A stretch of DNA of 64,000 nucleotides from Sporopachydermia quercuum (lineage: Eukaryota): the NCBI GenBank assembly GCA_001599295.1, contig BCGN01000001.1, positions 2,046,001 through 2,110,000 on the forward strand, written 5' to 3'. The translations under genes and the position numbers were made by a program. The notes under the pieces were generated by a model. That model searched no databases, was not told the origin of the DNA, and saw only the letters and a list, made by a program, of their open reading frames with translations. Position 1 is the stretch's first letter. The number at the start of each line of letters is the position of its first letter. This document shows, piece by piece, positions 25,496-36,754 of this stretch.

Positions 25496-28400
25496 ATGTC
25501 GGAAAAGACACAACCAGATACGGAACGGAGTTCCGATGCCGCTTCCGTTTCTGCTTCTGCCTCTGCTTCTGAGTCNAGGAGAAGCTCGGCTATATCGCCC
25601 AACGAGGAAAGTTGTCCAGAACCGCAGCAGCAGCTCAGCATGAAAATGGAACTGGAAGAACTCGGTAAAGATATTTCAAAGAGCCGAGCCAACTTTGCCG
25701 ATGACCGCCAACAAGAACTAATGCGTCGAGCCATTCTGTTGCTTGGTAAGTTGGACGATCGGCACTGGTTTTGTGATGATAATGTATGTCCTGTTGCCGT
25801 TCATACATTGCTACTATTTTCATTTGATCCNAACGCTTCAGCATTAGTATGGCTAAAACAGCGTCTTTCGGTACAATTGAGTCGATGTTACCAATGCATT
25901 CGGCATTTTCATCTCGGAAGAGCTGAGCTTCGAAACGATTTAGTTGCAATCTCAGGATTAGGTATTATAGAAGTAAATACGTTCATGTATACAATATTTA
26001 CCTGGCTTGCTTCGGAAACGGAAGGCAAGCTTCGGAAGGGAATTGAAATGGTACAAAAATTTGAAGAGGATCACCCGGTGGAAGAAAAGGAAATTGACAA
26101 AGCTTCAGGAACCGCCGGATATCACACGGCAGAAAACAGAGCATTATTCGCATCATTATCAAATGATGTTCTTGTAGCATACTACGATTGTTTCACTTGT
26201 TGTTATTTATTACGGATGAACTCGGAATTACGGCAATTATTCTCTAGTTTATTCCGAAAGCTTATTTCACGGAATCTCAGATTCACGGAATCTCATGTAC
26301 TTCCGTTGGTGGTTTATCTTTGTTTTAATGATGATGAAAATTCTAGTTACTCGGCAGAAAATGTCACTTCACTGTCAATTTGTGACCCAGAAATCAAAGA
26401 TTGGGTCCGTGAAACCTTAATGTCTCTGCCCCGGAATAATTCGGAAAAAATTAACACCGGAACTACTCGGTTGACGTTCCCCATGGATCCATTATTGTTA
26501 GAGGAATTCAACTTTTATTTGATAGAGATTCAGAAACCGCAATCATTCCCGGAATTAGAGATGAAATTTTGGTCGGAACTTTCGTTTTTCTCAGATTGGT
26601 GGAGTGTAGAAAGTTTAATAAAAGGTCTTGGAAGTATTCCCTTATTAGAAAAGCTGCGAGCGGATATAACTCCGGGATTATATCCGTTGTTTGAACTGTT
26701 CTCCAAGAGACTGGCCCTTGAAACGTACAGACGGAAAGAATTACTTCCGGTCTTACTTCGAAATCTCGGATGTTTNTCCCGGGCTTTCGGGNCACAGTTG
26801 CATACGGATTTATATGTATTATCGGATGATTTCACACCTGAAAAACTGCTTAATATAACCCAAGCTGATGACTTTTTAACTTCCGCCTCGGAACTGAAAC
26901 CCAAAAGTCAACTCCGGACTTCAGAGCTGGATCGAGATGTCGCAAATCTCTCCGATTTATCCGAATGGCTTGAACCATATCTAAAAACCCTAAACCCCGA
27001 AACTTTATCATCGACAGTACTACAAACAATGGATAACATATTANGAATTTTATCTTTATCATCTGGAGAAAAGGAAAATACGGAAAAGATAAAGGAACCA
27101 GAAGATCCCTCGGAAATGAACCAAGCGACCTGTCTTTGGACCTGCGTATATTATTTGATCCAAGAGGGGTTTGATATTTCCCTTTATGGTAGTCTCAACG
27201 CATCGAATGGGGAACTATTCGCTAAACTATCGGTATTACTTCCTTTTCGGGAAATAATTGAGGACAACCACAAAAATATCATCACTCCGTTTACCCAATT
27301 AGGTGGGCTTCCTTCNGATATCTGCAAAACCATCCAAACCTTATCTGCTACCGCCATCAACCGAATTCTCACTTATGACATTACGTTAATGGCCCAAGAA
27401 ACCATTCTTTTCTCAACCGGAAACAATATTCTNCCGTCATCNCTGCCTGNTTCNTTCCACGTTAAATTCTGGAATTACGCTCGAAAAACTTGCCGAGCTG
27501 ATGTTTTCTTAGTGCAGCAAATATTTCGAGCATTTAGAAACGTTGTAGCCGTTTCCATTATTCCTGAACCTAAATCTGACGAGAGTCCGGAAACTATATC
27601 CGATTCAACAAATAAAATCAGTTTAGACAAAACTGAAACAATACAAACCTCGGTTCAAAAGTTCAACTCGGTCTCAGAACAAATTTTCCGAGCTATTCAA
27701 TCACTATTAGTAAGGATCGGAGATTATGACGGAGATATTCTCCGATCCAGCATTCTAAATTCACCGGAAGCTTTAGAAGGGGTGTTTTCCGCTATGCTAT
27801 CAGTGAATGTTCAGATAAAAGAGGCGGCTACGGATATTTTGTACCAAAGCTTTGATGACGATGAATTAGGAAATAGCTCTGATATTGTTTCCGATATTGG
27901 TTCTGACATTAATTCTGATCTAGGGTCATTGTCGGTTAGAATNAAAGCATTACGGAAATTATGCCTATCATCTTTAGAATCCACGCTTTTNGCTTTCAAT
28001 CAACTTCTCCGTACTGTTATTATGTCTACCGGTTTTCCCTCTTGCCCTAAAGCAATCAAGTTTCAAATGGATATCCTATCAGTTTTAACTGCNTCTAGAG
28101 GCGGGATACTCCAAGAGTCATTCTTAGAGAAAAATATCGGAGATTATATGCAATTGAAGAGATTCTGGCGCCGAAGCTGGGAATTTTTAGGATATGTTTT
28201 TGTACAGATTTTCCAATGGGCCGAGCATTATTCATTCCGAGTTCTGGTGGAATTTACCCGAGATGTTCTTGATTATAGCAACCGATTAATAGATACGCTT
28301 CCAGTGTTTTCCGAATCATTATCTATCTCCGTTCCGACCGATCGGGTGAACCGGATGCTTGTCGGATGTGTTGTTAAAGCTGTTCCGAATATGATTTCTT

Positions 28401-31400
28401 GGCTTCGGCTTGGAGATGAATCATTGTTACGGTCCTGTGTACGGATGATTACTTTAGTATTAGATATACTTAAGGAACAAGGAGAACCCTTAGCCAATGA
28501 AATAACGGAAAAATTAGCATGGTATGGTGGAACGGAAGATCGGAAGTACCGAAGTAAGCTCACCGAAGCTCAAAAATCTGANCTAATAAGCCGTGCTCGG
28601 TACTTTGATGAGAAACTGGTGGAAGGCGTTATTCTGCAATATCAGGAGAAATTACGGCAAGTTGCGGAACGGAAGAAAATTATGGATACAGTCAGCAGAT
28701 CTGTTACTCCTGCCGCTATTATTTCGGGAATGTCAAAGCGCGTTGGAACTTCCAGTTATGATAACAGCAAAAATCGCGGAAATAATACCAGAAAAACAGA
28801 ATACAATTTATCTTCAAAGAATCCAGCAATTTCTTCCGATATCGAAATTATTGAAACTTCGGCATCTACTCAAACACGGAAGACTCAGGACGTTCTTTCC
28901 GCAATTAAGACATTAAGTAATCCACAGGAACGTATGAAAATAGGGTTTAGACCCATTCCAGCCGTTCCGACATTTCCTAGGGATAAACAGCCAAAAATNA
29001 CTGCATTCGCAAAACATTCAGCTCCATCTGTTCCAAGAACAAGCAACTTCAACTTTCCTTCCTCTCATTCCGCTTCCTTGGCACCCCATTCCGCTGTTGT
29101 TGCCGATGGAACATCTCGAATGAGCATGATGGAAAAAGCTCGGGAGGACCTTCGGAAGAAAAGGTCAATGGAAGCAAACATGCAAAAATTATACACTTCA
29201 ACACCATCGCTTAAGGGCAAAACGTTGGTTATTCATCCGGCAAGACCGGCTGGATTCCGGGTCGGTACGGAGACCGATAAACTTGAGTCTAAATCTGGCA
29301 ATGCCGACCCGATACCGTTACCGGATCCGGAAAAGATTATAGCNAAATTAGGCTTAGCCGATAACGAACATAACAATTCTTCCTCTGACGAGGACGATTG
29401 CGATTTCGCTTCCTTATTCGGAAATTCCTCTGAATCAGGCAAATCCCATATTAGGAAACTATCCCGTAATACGCCGGGATCTCTTTCCGTTTTCGATAAA
29501 GAACGCCAAGAACGGTATATGCGTGAAAGACTGAACGTTAATTTAAGTCCTTTGTACCAGCAGATTCTTCTTTGGAAATTTTCCGCTTCGGGTGAATTTC
29601 CCCTCGGAAAAACTAGGGATTCTTATAAACCAGTTGCGGATTCCTTCCGTTCCGTTAAAGAATATCAGGCCATTTTTGAACCCCTTTTACTATTAGAATG
29701 TTGGCAGCATTTACAAGCTGCTAAACAGACGTCTTCAGATAAGCCCTTCCGAATTGTTTTGGGCACTCGAACTACCACAGATTGTTTTTTCGATATTTAT
29801 GCCTCAATTGAGAGAAGCGTATTAGAACAACAACGTCTTTCCGACGCCGATTTGATTGCTTTGGCGTTATCGTGTGATTCTGATAATCTCACGGGAAAAC
29901 CTGGAGTGGAACTACTTGCAGCAAAACCTAATTCCTGTTTAGGTAAAATAACCGAGATCAAACCCACTTCTGCAGGCTATACAGATATAGTAATTCGGGT
30001 ATCTTCGGAAGGAAACTTCGGTGTTGGATTGGCTCCTAGAACTGAAGTGGTTGCCGTTAAACTAATGGCAATGCCGACAATTGAACGTGAGTTTTCTTCC
30101 GTCCGAGGATTACCCTACTATGATTTAGGCCAACAGATTGTTCGGGCTGAACCTGCAGACGTTGCACAGGCTCCTTGGGCAGAAATCCGGGATATCATGA
30201 CACTATATAAAGTTAATCAGTCACAAGCAAGAGCCATTTCTGGGTCATCTCGAGCCGAAGGATTCTCCCTAATTCAGGGACCGCCCGGAACAGGTAAAAC
30301 GAAAACCATTTTAGGTTTGCTAGGTCATTTGATCCGGTTCGACACTACCACCGCTAGAGGAGAAGTAGTGGGGCAACCGGTAGATCCGAAAATAGGTAAT
30401 AGTACGAATCGCACCCGGTCTGGGCCAGGTTTTTCCGGTTCTTCAAGTCAATATTCGAATTTCGAGGCAGGAAACGGTTCTGTACTTAATTCGGAAATCT
30501 CTACGGCCAAAAAGTCTGCACCTATACTTGTTTGTGCCCCTAGTAACGCAGCAGTAGACGAATTGGTTATTCGGATAAGAGACACGTTGCAGGCAAAAGT
30601 TGTTCGGCTGGGCCGATCGGAAGCAATCCATCCTAAAGTTCGAGACACAACTTTAGAGGAGTTAGTGGAGCGGGAATTGACTAAAAACCGAGAAGCCGCC
30701 TCGGAGTCGGCCCGGTTGAAAGCGGAAGTTCGGCAGATCTTGGAAGAGCGGGTAATTATCCGGGCTAAGCTAAACGACACCTCGGTACAAGAAGTCGAAA
30801 TCTCGAAACTAGAAACTCGACTGCAAGTATTGAACCGTCGGAAGCGGATATTGGACCGACAGTTAGATGAACAAAGAGAACAGAATGCAGTTTCGGACCG
30901 GAACCGAGAAATTGACCGTCGGAACCTACAAAAGCAAATCCTATCCAAAGCGGAAGTAATATGTGCGACTTTATCCGGTTCCGCTCATGATTCATTAGTA
31001 AATCTCGGCGTTCGGTTCGACATCGTTGTCATAGATGAAGCAGCTCAGTGTGTAGAATTGTCGGCAGTTATTCCTCTTCGGTACGGTTGTCGGAAGTGTA
31101 TTATGGTTGGTGATCCGAATCAGCTTCCGCCTACAGTTTTATCTCCGGCTGCATCAGCGTTACGTTATGAACAGAGTTTATTTGTTCGAATGCAAAGGAA
31201 CAAACCGGGAGCGGAACACTTATTAGATGTCCAATATCGGATGCATCCAGAAATATCAGCATTTCCAAGCCGAGAATTCTATAACTCTCGGCTTCTTGAT
31301 GGGCCCGAGATGAGACAATTAACTGAAAGACCTTGGCATAAAGAGCCTTGGTTCGGACCCTATTTACTGTATGATATCGGATCCGGGCAGCAAGGACAAT

Positions 31401-32749
31401 CAGAACGGTCGAAATCATTCCACAATCAGCAAGAAGCTCAAGCCGCAGTAGAATTAGTACAAGAGTTATTCCGAAGGTTCCCCACGGAAGAGTTTATGGG
31501 TAAGATCGGAATTATTTCTCCGTATAAGGAGCAAGTTAAGCTTCTTCGGAGTTTGTTCTTCCGAGCTTTCCGAGATATTGGAATCTCGGAGATTGTCGAT
31601 TTTAACTCTGTGGACGGATTTCAAGGCCAAGAAAAAGAAATTGTAATTTTGTCCTGTGTCCGAGCGTCGGACAACGACACAACAGTTGGGTTTCTTGGAG
31701 ATACCCGGAGAATGAATGTGGCTTTGACGCGGTCTAAAAGCAGTTTATGGATATTGGGAAATATTGTATCATTACGTAAACACCATGTCTGGAAAGACTT
31801 AGTGGCTGATGCCATCACTAGAGGAAAAGCGGTTAGAGTTAAAGGAAATATCCGTGAGACAATAAGCAACTGGTCACAAGGAAGAGAACCTGCGATTGTG
31901 GATGCCGAGATTGGCTACAAACGGAAGGAATTTCCAAATCGAAATTTGGAAGTCAGGGCGAAACCGGAAGTGGGTGCGGAAGTAGAAAGAGGAAGAGGAA
32001 GAGGAATAAATGCTTACAGGAATCACGGAATGAAAGCTGATGCCGACGTAGAGGGCTACAAACGAAGGAAAAGATCTAATCAGTTCTCAAATAAGGAATC
32101 TATCGGAGACAGTNTTACTGAATGGGGGAATAAATCAACGAAAATTCTCCAATCGGAAAGAGACAAAGACCTAAAACGGAAGCTAGAAAGAAAAGCTGGA
32201 AAAAAAGCTGAAAAGAAAGCAGTGAAGAAAGCAGAAAAGAAACTTAAGCGTAAAGAAGATAAAGTTAGGACCTCGGAAGAAAGCAATGAAGTTACCGAAA
32301 ACCCCGATTCTGATTCAAGCATAGAAACTAACCGGGATAACTCAGAGCTCTCCGATGGCCGAACAAGCTTTTGGGCTCGAATGAATAAAAAATCACAAAA
32401 CATACCAACAGGAAAACGGAAATACTCGTTCTCTAATAGTAACGGAGCGGGAGCTTCGTATAATATTTATCCGAAAAATAGCCCTGCTGAAGCTTTAAAG
32501 GTTAATAATAGCCTAGAATTACCACCGAAACCAAAACCGAAACTAACGAGAGGACGGGGAAATCCTAAAGAGTCTAATATTCTCCGGACGGGTAACAACG
32601 GCAGTAAATTACCGCCTAAATCTCCTGCATCTGTTTATGAATCTCGAGCTTCGATTCCGAAAGGTCCAACAAGGGAAACTCCGGAATCTCCGGCAACTAA
32701 AGTTTTCCGACGCAAGGAAAGCGATATGTTCATACGACGGAAACGATGA
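25496..32749 (+). CDS. SEN1: Sen1/senataxin SF1B RNA/DNA helicase
   Basis: 2417 aa. Sen1 N-terminal region (HWFC, LLLFSF, C..C..HFH). Helicase motifs GPPGTGKTKT, VCAPSNAAVDE, DEAAQ, VGDPNQLPP, QYRMHPEI, DGFQGQEKE, RRMNVALTR. Confidence 0.96.
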   Translation: MSEKTQPDTERSSDAASVSASASASEXRRSSAISPNEESCPEPQQQLSMKMELEELGKDISKSRANFADDRQQELMRRAILLLGKLDDRHWFCDDNVCPVAVHTLLLFSFDXNASALVWLKQRLSVQLSRCYQCIRHFHLGRAELRNDLVAISGLGIIEVNTFMYTIFTWLASETEGKLRKGIEMVQKFEEDHPVEEKEIDKASGTAGYHTAENRALFASLSNDVLVAYYDCFTCCYLLRMNSELRQLFSSLFRKLISRNLRFTESHVLPLVVYLCFNDDENSSYSAENVTSLSICDPEIKDWVRETLMSLPRNNSEKINTGTTRLTFPMDPLLLEEFNFYLIEIQKPQSFPELEMKFWSELSFFSDWWSVESLIKGLGSIPLLEKLRADITPGLYPLFELFSKRLALETYRRKELLPVLLRNLGCXSRAFGXQLHTDLYVLSDDFTPEKLLNITQADDFLTSASELKPKSQLRTSELDRDVANLSDLSEWLEPYLKTLNPETLSSTVLQTMDNILXILSLSSGEKENTEKIKEPEDPSEMNQATCLWTCVYYLIQEGFDISLYGSLNASNGELFAKLSVLLPFREIIEDNHKNIITPFTQLGGLPXDICKTIQTLSATAINRILTYDITLMAQETILFSTGNNIXPSXLPXXFHVKFWNYARKTCRADVFLVQQIFRAFRNVVAVSIIPEPKSDESPETISDSTNKISLDKTETIQTSVQKFNSVSEQIFRAIQSLLVRIGDYDGDILRSSILNSPEALEGVFSAMLSVNVQIKEAATDILYQSFDDDELGNSSDIVSDIGSDINSDLGSLSVRXKALRKLCLSSLESTLXAFNQLLRTVIMSTGFPSCPKAIKFQMDILSVLTXSRGGILQESFLEKNIGDYMQLKRFWRRSWEFLGYVFVQIFQWAEHYSFRVLVEFTRDVLDYSNRLIDTLPVFSESLSISVPTDRVNRMLVGCVVKAVPNMISWLRLGDESLLRSCVRMITLVLDILKEQGEPLANEITEKLAWYGGTEDRKYRSKLTEAQKSXLISRARYFDEKLVEGVILQYQEKLRQVAERKKIMDTVSRSVTPAAIISGMSKRVGTSSYDNSKNRGNNTRKTEYNLSSKNPAISSDIEIIETSASTQTRKTQDVLSAIKTLSNPQERMKIGFRPIPAVPTFPRDKQPKXTAFAKHSAPSVPRTSNFNFPSSHSASLAPHSAVVADGTSRMSMMEKAREDLRKKRSMEANMQKLYTSTPSLKGKTLVIHPARPAGFRVGTETDKLESKSGNADPIPLPDPEKIIXKLGLADNEHNNSSSDEDDCDFASLFGNSSESGKSHIRKLSRNTPGSLSVFDKERQERYMRERLNVNLSPLYQQILLWKFSASGEFPLGKTRDSYKPVADSFRSVKEYQAIFEPLLLLECWQHLQAAKQTSSDKPFRIVLGTRTTTDCFFDIYASIERSVLEQQRLSDADLIALALSCDSDNLTGKPGVELLAAKPNSCLGKITEIKPTSAGYTDIVIRVSSEGNFGVGLAPRTEVVAVKLMAMPTIEREFSSVRGLPYYDLGQQIVRAEPADVAQAPWAEIRDIMTLYKVNQSQARAISGSSRAEGFSLIQGPPGTGKTKTILGLLGHLIRFDTTTARGEVVGQPVDPKIGNSTNRTRSGPGFSGSSSQYSNFEAGNGSVLNSEISTAKKSAPILVCAPSNAAVDELVIRIRDTLQAKVVRLGRSEAIHPKVRDTTLEELVERELTKNREAASESARLKAEVRQILEERVIIRAKLNDTSVQEVEISKLETRLQVLNRRKRILDRQLDEQREQNAVSDRNREIDRRNLQKQILSKAEVICATLSGSAHDSLVNLGVRFDIVVIDEAAQCVELSAVIPLRYGCRKCIMVGDPNQLPPTVLSPAASALRYEQSLFVRMQRNKPGAEHLLDVQYRMHPEISAFPSREFYNSRLLDGPEMRQLTERPWHKEPWFGPYLLYDIGSGQQGQSERSKSFHNQQEAQAAVELVQELFRRFPTEEFMGKIGIISPYKEQVKLLRSLFFRAFRDIGISEIVDFNSVDGFQGQEKEIVILSCVRASDNDTTVGFLGDTRRMNVALTRSKSSLWILGNIVSLRKHHVWKDLVADAITRGKAVRVKGNIRETISNWSQGREPAIVDAEIGYKRKEFPNRNLEVRAKPEVGAEVERGRGRGINAYRNHGMKADADVEGYKRRKRSNQFSNKESIGDSXTEWGNKSTKILQSERDKDLKRKLERKAGKKAEKKAVKKAEKKLKRKEDKVRTSEESNEVTENPDSDSSIETNRDNSELSDGRTSFWARMNKKSQNIPTGKRKYSFSNSNGAGASYNIYPKNSPAEALKVNNSLELPPKPKPKLTRGRGNPKESNILRTGNNGSKLPPKSPASVYESRASIPKGPTRETPESPATKVFRRKESDMFIRRKR

Positions 32750-33342
32750 GCAGTATTAGATAGTAGTAATTGCGGAGGTAATGATGAATTTAATGAGGTA
32801 CAGGGGAAGATTTGAATGACAGAAGTTGTTCGAATTAATGCATAGACAAATATAACCAAGAATTGAATAATAAAATCAGTTTATAATGTTAGTAGCGGAA
32901 TTTAGAGAATTTTGATGCCCAAGTCTGAGCGGTCAAAACGGAGGGGATGAGTGTTTTTTGATTATGTAATCTGTATATAGCAGGAGTCTGGTGGCTATCT
33001 ACTCTACTATTCATTCGCTGGGATGTAATAAAAACAACGAGCTGCCTTCTTAGGTAGGAGAAAACTGTTCTTCTCCTTTAGATTATTATCAACCGTAAAA
33101 AGCTACTCAGCTATTTGCACGTTCTCATTTTCTCATTACATATTACCTGTTCCACGATGCTACTTCTACTACTTCTCTACTACTAAAATATAAGTATGCA
33201 TAATTCATGCACAAGAAGCAACATGTACGCAACTTAGTTTAGTATTAATAAATAATTAGCTGATCATCGATTTTATCACATTTTTTGATCACCTAATTAA
33301 AAACTCTCATGGTGAGACTCGATGTCTCACCCTTTTTATTAT

Positions 33343-33351
33343 AATTTTTCA
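33343..33351. promoter_or_regulatory. RRPE-like element upstream of DPH2
   Basis: AATTTTTCA about 175 bp upstream of the DPH2 ATG. Short AT-rich motif. Confidence 0.3.
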
Positions 33352-33521
33352 GTACTTAGGGAGAATAATCTTTTTCCTTACTATTAGAAGATTCGTTAAA
33401 TAATGTTTGTTTTAGTTTTATCAATGAATGTGAGCGTATTATAACAATATTCTGCAGGCATTGTCACCAAATAAGTAGTCATTTTCTTTCATACGCCTGT
33501 CCAGTTGAACATGTATATATA

Positions 33522-35438
33522 ATGTCAGGAGCAGTACCAGTAGCGTTTTCTACTGCGCAGGAAGAAGCAGTTTTTGATTTGGAATTCTCCAAACAAGAGA
33601 CCTCTCAGCAACAATCGGGACTATCTCGGAAAGGGTTAGACATTTCGGCATCACAAACAGAGGTCATTTCGGCATTAAGAAGTTTTTATTGCCTACCGGC
33701 TTTAATTACTTATTTAGCTAAATCTGCATACCGAAAAGTGGCGCTACAGTTCCCTGATGATTTAGTATCAGATGTGACATTAGTAGCCCGAGAAGTTGAA
33801 GCAGGAGTTTTCAGAACTCGAAAATTGAAAAGGAAACATTCAAAAAGTAGAACAAACAGTCATGAAACAGGGGAAAATCATGAGAAGAAGCATAAAGATG
33901 GAGAAGAGTGTAAGAAAACATGTGCCGATTGTAAATGTTCATCTGAGATTGAAAACAGTGTCCCTGGAGGGCTACAAACACATTCGGATAATTCCTACTC
34001 GGAGGTTGACTCTAATGCTGATTCCAATCCTGTTTTCTCGGTTGCTGTTCTTGCCGATACTTCGTATTCTCCATGCTGCGTTGATACTGTGGCGGGTCAA
34101 CATATAAATGCTGATGCTGTGGTGCATTTTGGTGATTCATGTTTAACCAAAGTTGAAGGACAGGCAATTTATGTTATGGGTAATGCTCATTTTGATTATT
34201 CTTTAGGCTTGAAGACTGTGAAAAGTAAGTTTCAGGAGAAATCGGATAAAATAGCTGTGATGGCTGGAACATTATTTCAGTCACACGTGGAAGAGTTTTC
34301 GCGTATTATGCATTCTGAGTTTGATGATGTGATTTATTCTAAGATAAGTTTGACTTATGATGCTAAGATACTAAATGAGGATGGAATTATTAGTTCCGAT
34401 AAGTTCCGATATTCACAAGAACTAACTGAAATATCCGAAGTATCCCGAAGATTGTTTTTCCAAGTTGAACCAGATTCTGAACGGGAAATAGTATCGAATG
34501 TGTCTGATTATAATCTTATATTATTAGCAAATCCTCCCCCTCCTTTTCTCCTTTATCTTACAACAAAGTTTTCATCAGTTAATATAATTAATCCTTCAAG
34601 CTCTGAGTACAGTCTAACCACAGGACCTTTCCCTGGACTGAAAAGAAGATATCGGTATATGCATATTGCTCGTTCTGCTGGTGTAGTAGGAATTCTTATC
34701 AACACGTTATCATTAAAGAACACAAGAAGTCTAGTGAATACGCTAATAAAATGGGTCAAGGAAGCAGGCAAGAAACATTATTTATTTGTTGTTGGTAAGC
34801 CGAATGTAGCAAAGCTTGCAAATTTCGAATCTGTTGATGTTTGGGTTGTCATTGGTTGTGGACAAGGTGGTATGATACTTGATGAAGAGCATGAGTTTTA
34901 TAAGCCAATAATTACGCCGTATGAGCTTCAATTAGCTCTAACGTATGAGGTTTCTTGGACAGGACAATGGGATATCAATAATGATGTTTTTTTGCATAGT
35001 GATGAAGAAATGAGACCATCTGAAGGAGAAGAAACTGCTGTTTGTAGTGAAGAGGATAATGATAAATCCACTGATGCGGATGTACCAATGTTTGACTCTG
35101 TTACAGGTAAATATGTATCCACACATAAACCATTGAAAGTCTTAACCCAACATATTGAGATAGGTGATGATACCGATCGTGATACTAGTACTGTAGCAGA
35201 CGATAAGGATAAAGATGTCAATCAATTAGCCAAGAGAATTTCAGATGCGTTAATTATAGGTAACACTGTTTCAACGTCAGCAAAGGCATTACAGAATAGA
35301 TCATGGCAAGGATTAGGATCTGATTTCAATGAGCTATCGGAAGAAGTGTATAATTATGATTCAGAAGGTGCAGTGCTTGAACAAGGGTTGTCAGGAGTAG
35401 CAAGAGGGTATGCAGTAGGTTTAGGGTCCAGGCGTTAA
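33522..35438 (+). CDS. DPH2: Diphthamide biosynthesis protein Dph2
   Basis: 638 aa. VALQFPD, LADTSYSPCCVD, VVHFGDSCL, GILINTLS, VVGKPNVAKLANF, KPIITPYEL, RSWQGLG, G.SGVARGY. Confidence 0.96.
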   Translation: MSGAVPVAFSTAQEEAVFDLEFSKQETSQQQSGLSRKGLDISASQTEVISALRSFYCLPALITYLAKSAYRKVALQFPDDLVSDVTLVAREVEAGVFRTRKLKRKHSKSRTNSHETGENHEKKHKDGEECKKTCADCKCSSEIENSVPGGLQTHSDNSYSEVDSNADSNPVFSVAVLADTSYSPCCVDTVAGQHINADAVVHFGDSCLTKVEGQAIYVMGNAHFDYSLGLKTVKSKFQEKSDKIAVMAGTLFQSHVEEFSRIMHSEFDDVIYSKISLTYDAKILNEDGIISSDKFRYSQELTEISEVSRRLFFQVEPDSEREIVSNVSDYNLILLANPPPPFLLYLTTKFSSVNIINPSSSEYSLTTGPFPGLKRRYRYMHIARSAGVVGILINTLSLKNTRSLVNTLIKWVKEAGKKHYLFVVGKPNVAKLANFESVDVWVVIGCGQGGMILDEEHEFYKPIITPYELQLALTYEVSWTGQWDINNDVFLHSDEEMRPSEGEETAVCSEEDNDKSTDADVPMFDSVTGKYVSTHKPLKVLTQHIEIGDDTDRDTSTVADDKDKDVNQLAKRISDALIIGNTVSTSAKALQNRSWQGLGSDFNELSEEVYNYDSEGAVLEQGLSGVARGYAVGLGSRR

Positions 35439-36139
35439 AGGGTAGCAATAGGGATATGGTATATATGTCAATGTGAGTTTATTAGCCTTCTTCGTACTTG
35501 GGAGATTTAATGTATTTATATAGTGATTTATTTCTTAAATCAGTCTATGGGAAAAGACCGTTATCTCTCTAGACCAATAGTTAATATTTCCTCTCAATCA
35601 CTTGAACTTTTTCCAGAAAGTTATGCAATTTGCAAAATATCAATTGCCCTTTGAAAAAACATATAAGTCCGTTATAATTATAGTAATTCTACAAGTCCCA
35701 GTCAAACAATCCCCTAATTGTCGAATAACCAACTTTTATTCTAACCTAACCTAACATGGCCAAACTTGAACTAAGCTAACCTTTCAAGCCTGCACTCAGT
35801 TAAGCTAGTTAAGGTCTGAAAGTCTTCTGAAATAACCCCCAATTCTAAATTCAATTTCCTTTCTGGGTTATNATATTCAGTAGCTTCTGGTCAGTCTCAT
35901 CATCATCAGAGCAATGGAAGCACTTACAAGGACGGCCTCTTTCATTACTGTCAAGGGCTTTTACAGTAGAACGGTGAAAAATACTGGACATCACACACTA
36001 CTTTCACGTATATCCTTATCTTTATATGTGTTTTATGGGGTAAACACGTAATAAAATAAAGATTATAGCAAAGAATTAAGTCACAAGGCACAATAGCCAT
36101 AGCCAATAACCATACGACACACAAAGTAATTATCACAAA

Positions 36140-36754
36140 ATGGGTGCTGGTACATCCCAATTAATGGATAGTTTCGTTGAAGAAACCAATTGTAAGTATT
36201 TGAAAGATGTGGATAGGATGTAAGGGAAATTTGGCCGGGTTGCTTAAAGGATTACTCAGATACTAACTAATCCTATAGTCGATAGCGATGAAATTGATAG
36301 ATTAAGTAAACGATTCATGAAGATGGATCGAGATAATTCGGGAACTGTGGATCAACAAGAGTTCTTGATGATACCCTCGTTGGCTTCCAATCCACTGGTC
36401 ACTAGACTNATTGATGTTTTCGATACAGACGGAAATGGAGATATTGATTTTGAGGAATTTGTCAGAGGGCTATCAACATTTTCAGCAAAGGGAAAACCAG
36501 AAGATAAACTATTATTTGCATTCAAGATATACGATATTGATAGAGATGGATACATTTCCAATGGGGAGCTATTTCTAGTGTTGCAGAAGATGGTTGGTAA
36601 GAATTTGACAGAAGAACAATTGCAACAGATTGTTGACCGAACAATAGTTGAATTTGATAAAGATGGAGATGGAAAGCTGAGTTTACAAGAATTTAAAGAT
36701 GCCATAAGTTTTGACTTCTTTGATCATTTGAACTTCAATGACAATGATATTTAA
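36140..36754 (+). CDS. CNB1: Calcineurin regulatory subunit B (spliced, 175 aa)
   Basis: Exon 1 36140-36191 (MGAGTSQL, myristoylation-type start); intron 36192-36278 (GTAAGT, tactaac, atAG); exon 2 gives [15 protein letters not shown]. Four EF hands; [20 protein letters not shown]. Confidence 0.95.

Noticed and set aside
35741..35915. (CTAAC)3 repeat and minus-strand TGATGA..CTGA suggesting a C/D snoRNA
   Set aside because: The C box comes from a (CAT)n microsatellite, I recognised no rRNA-complementary guide, and the repeat is only 15 bp.
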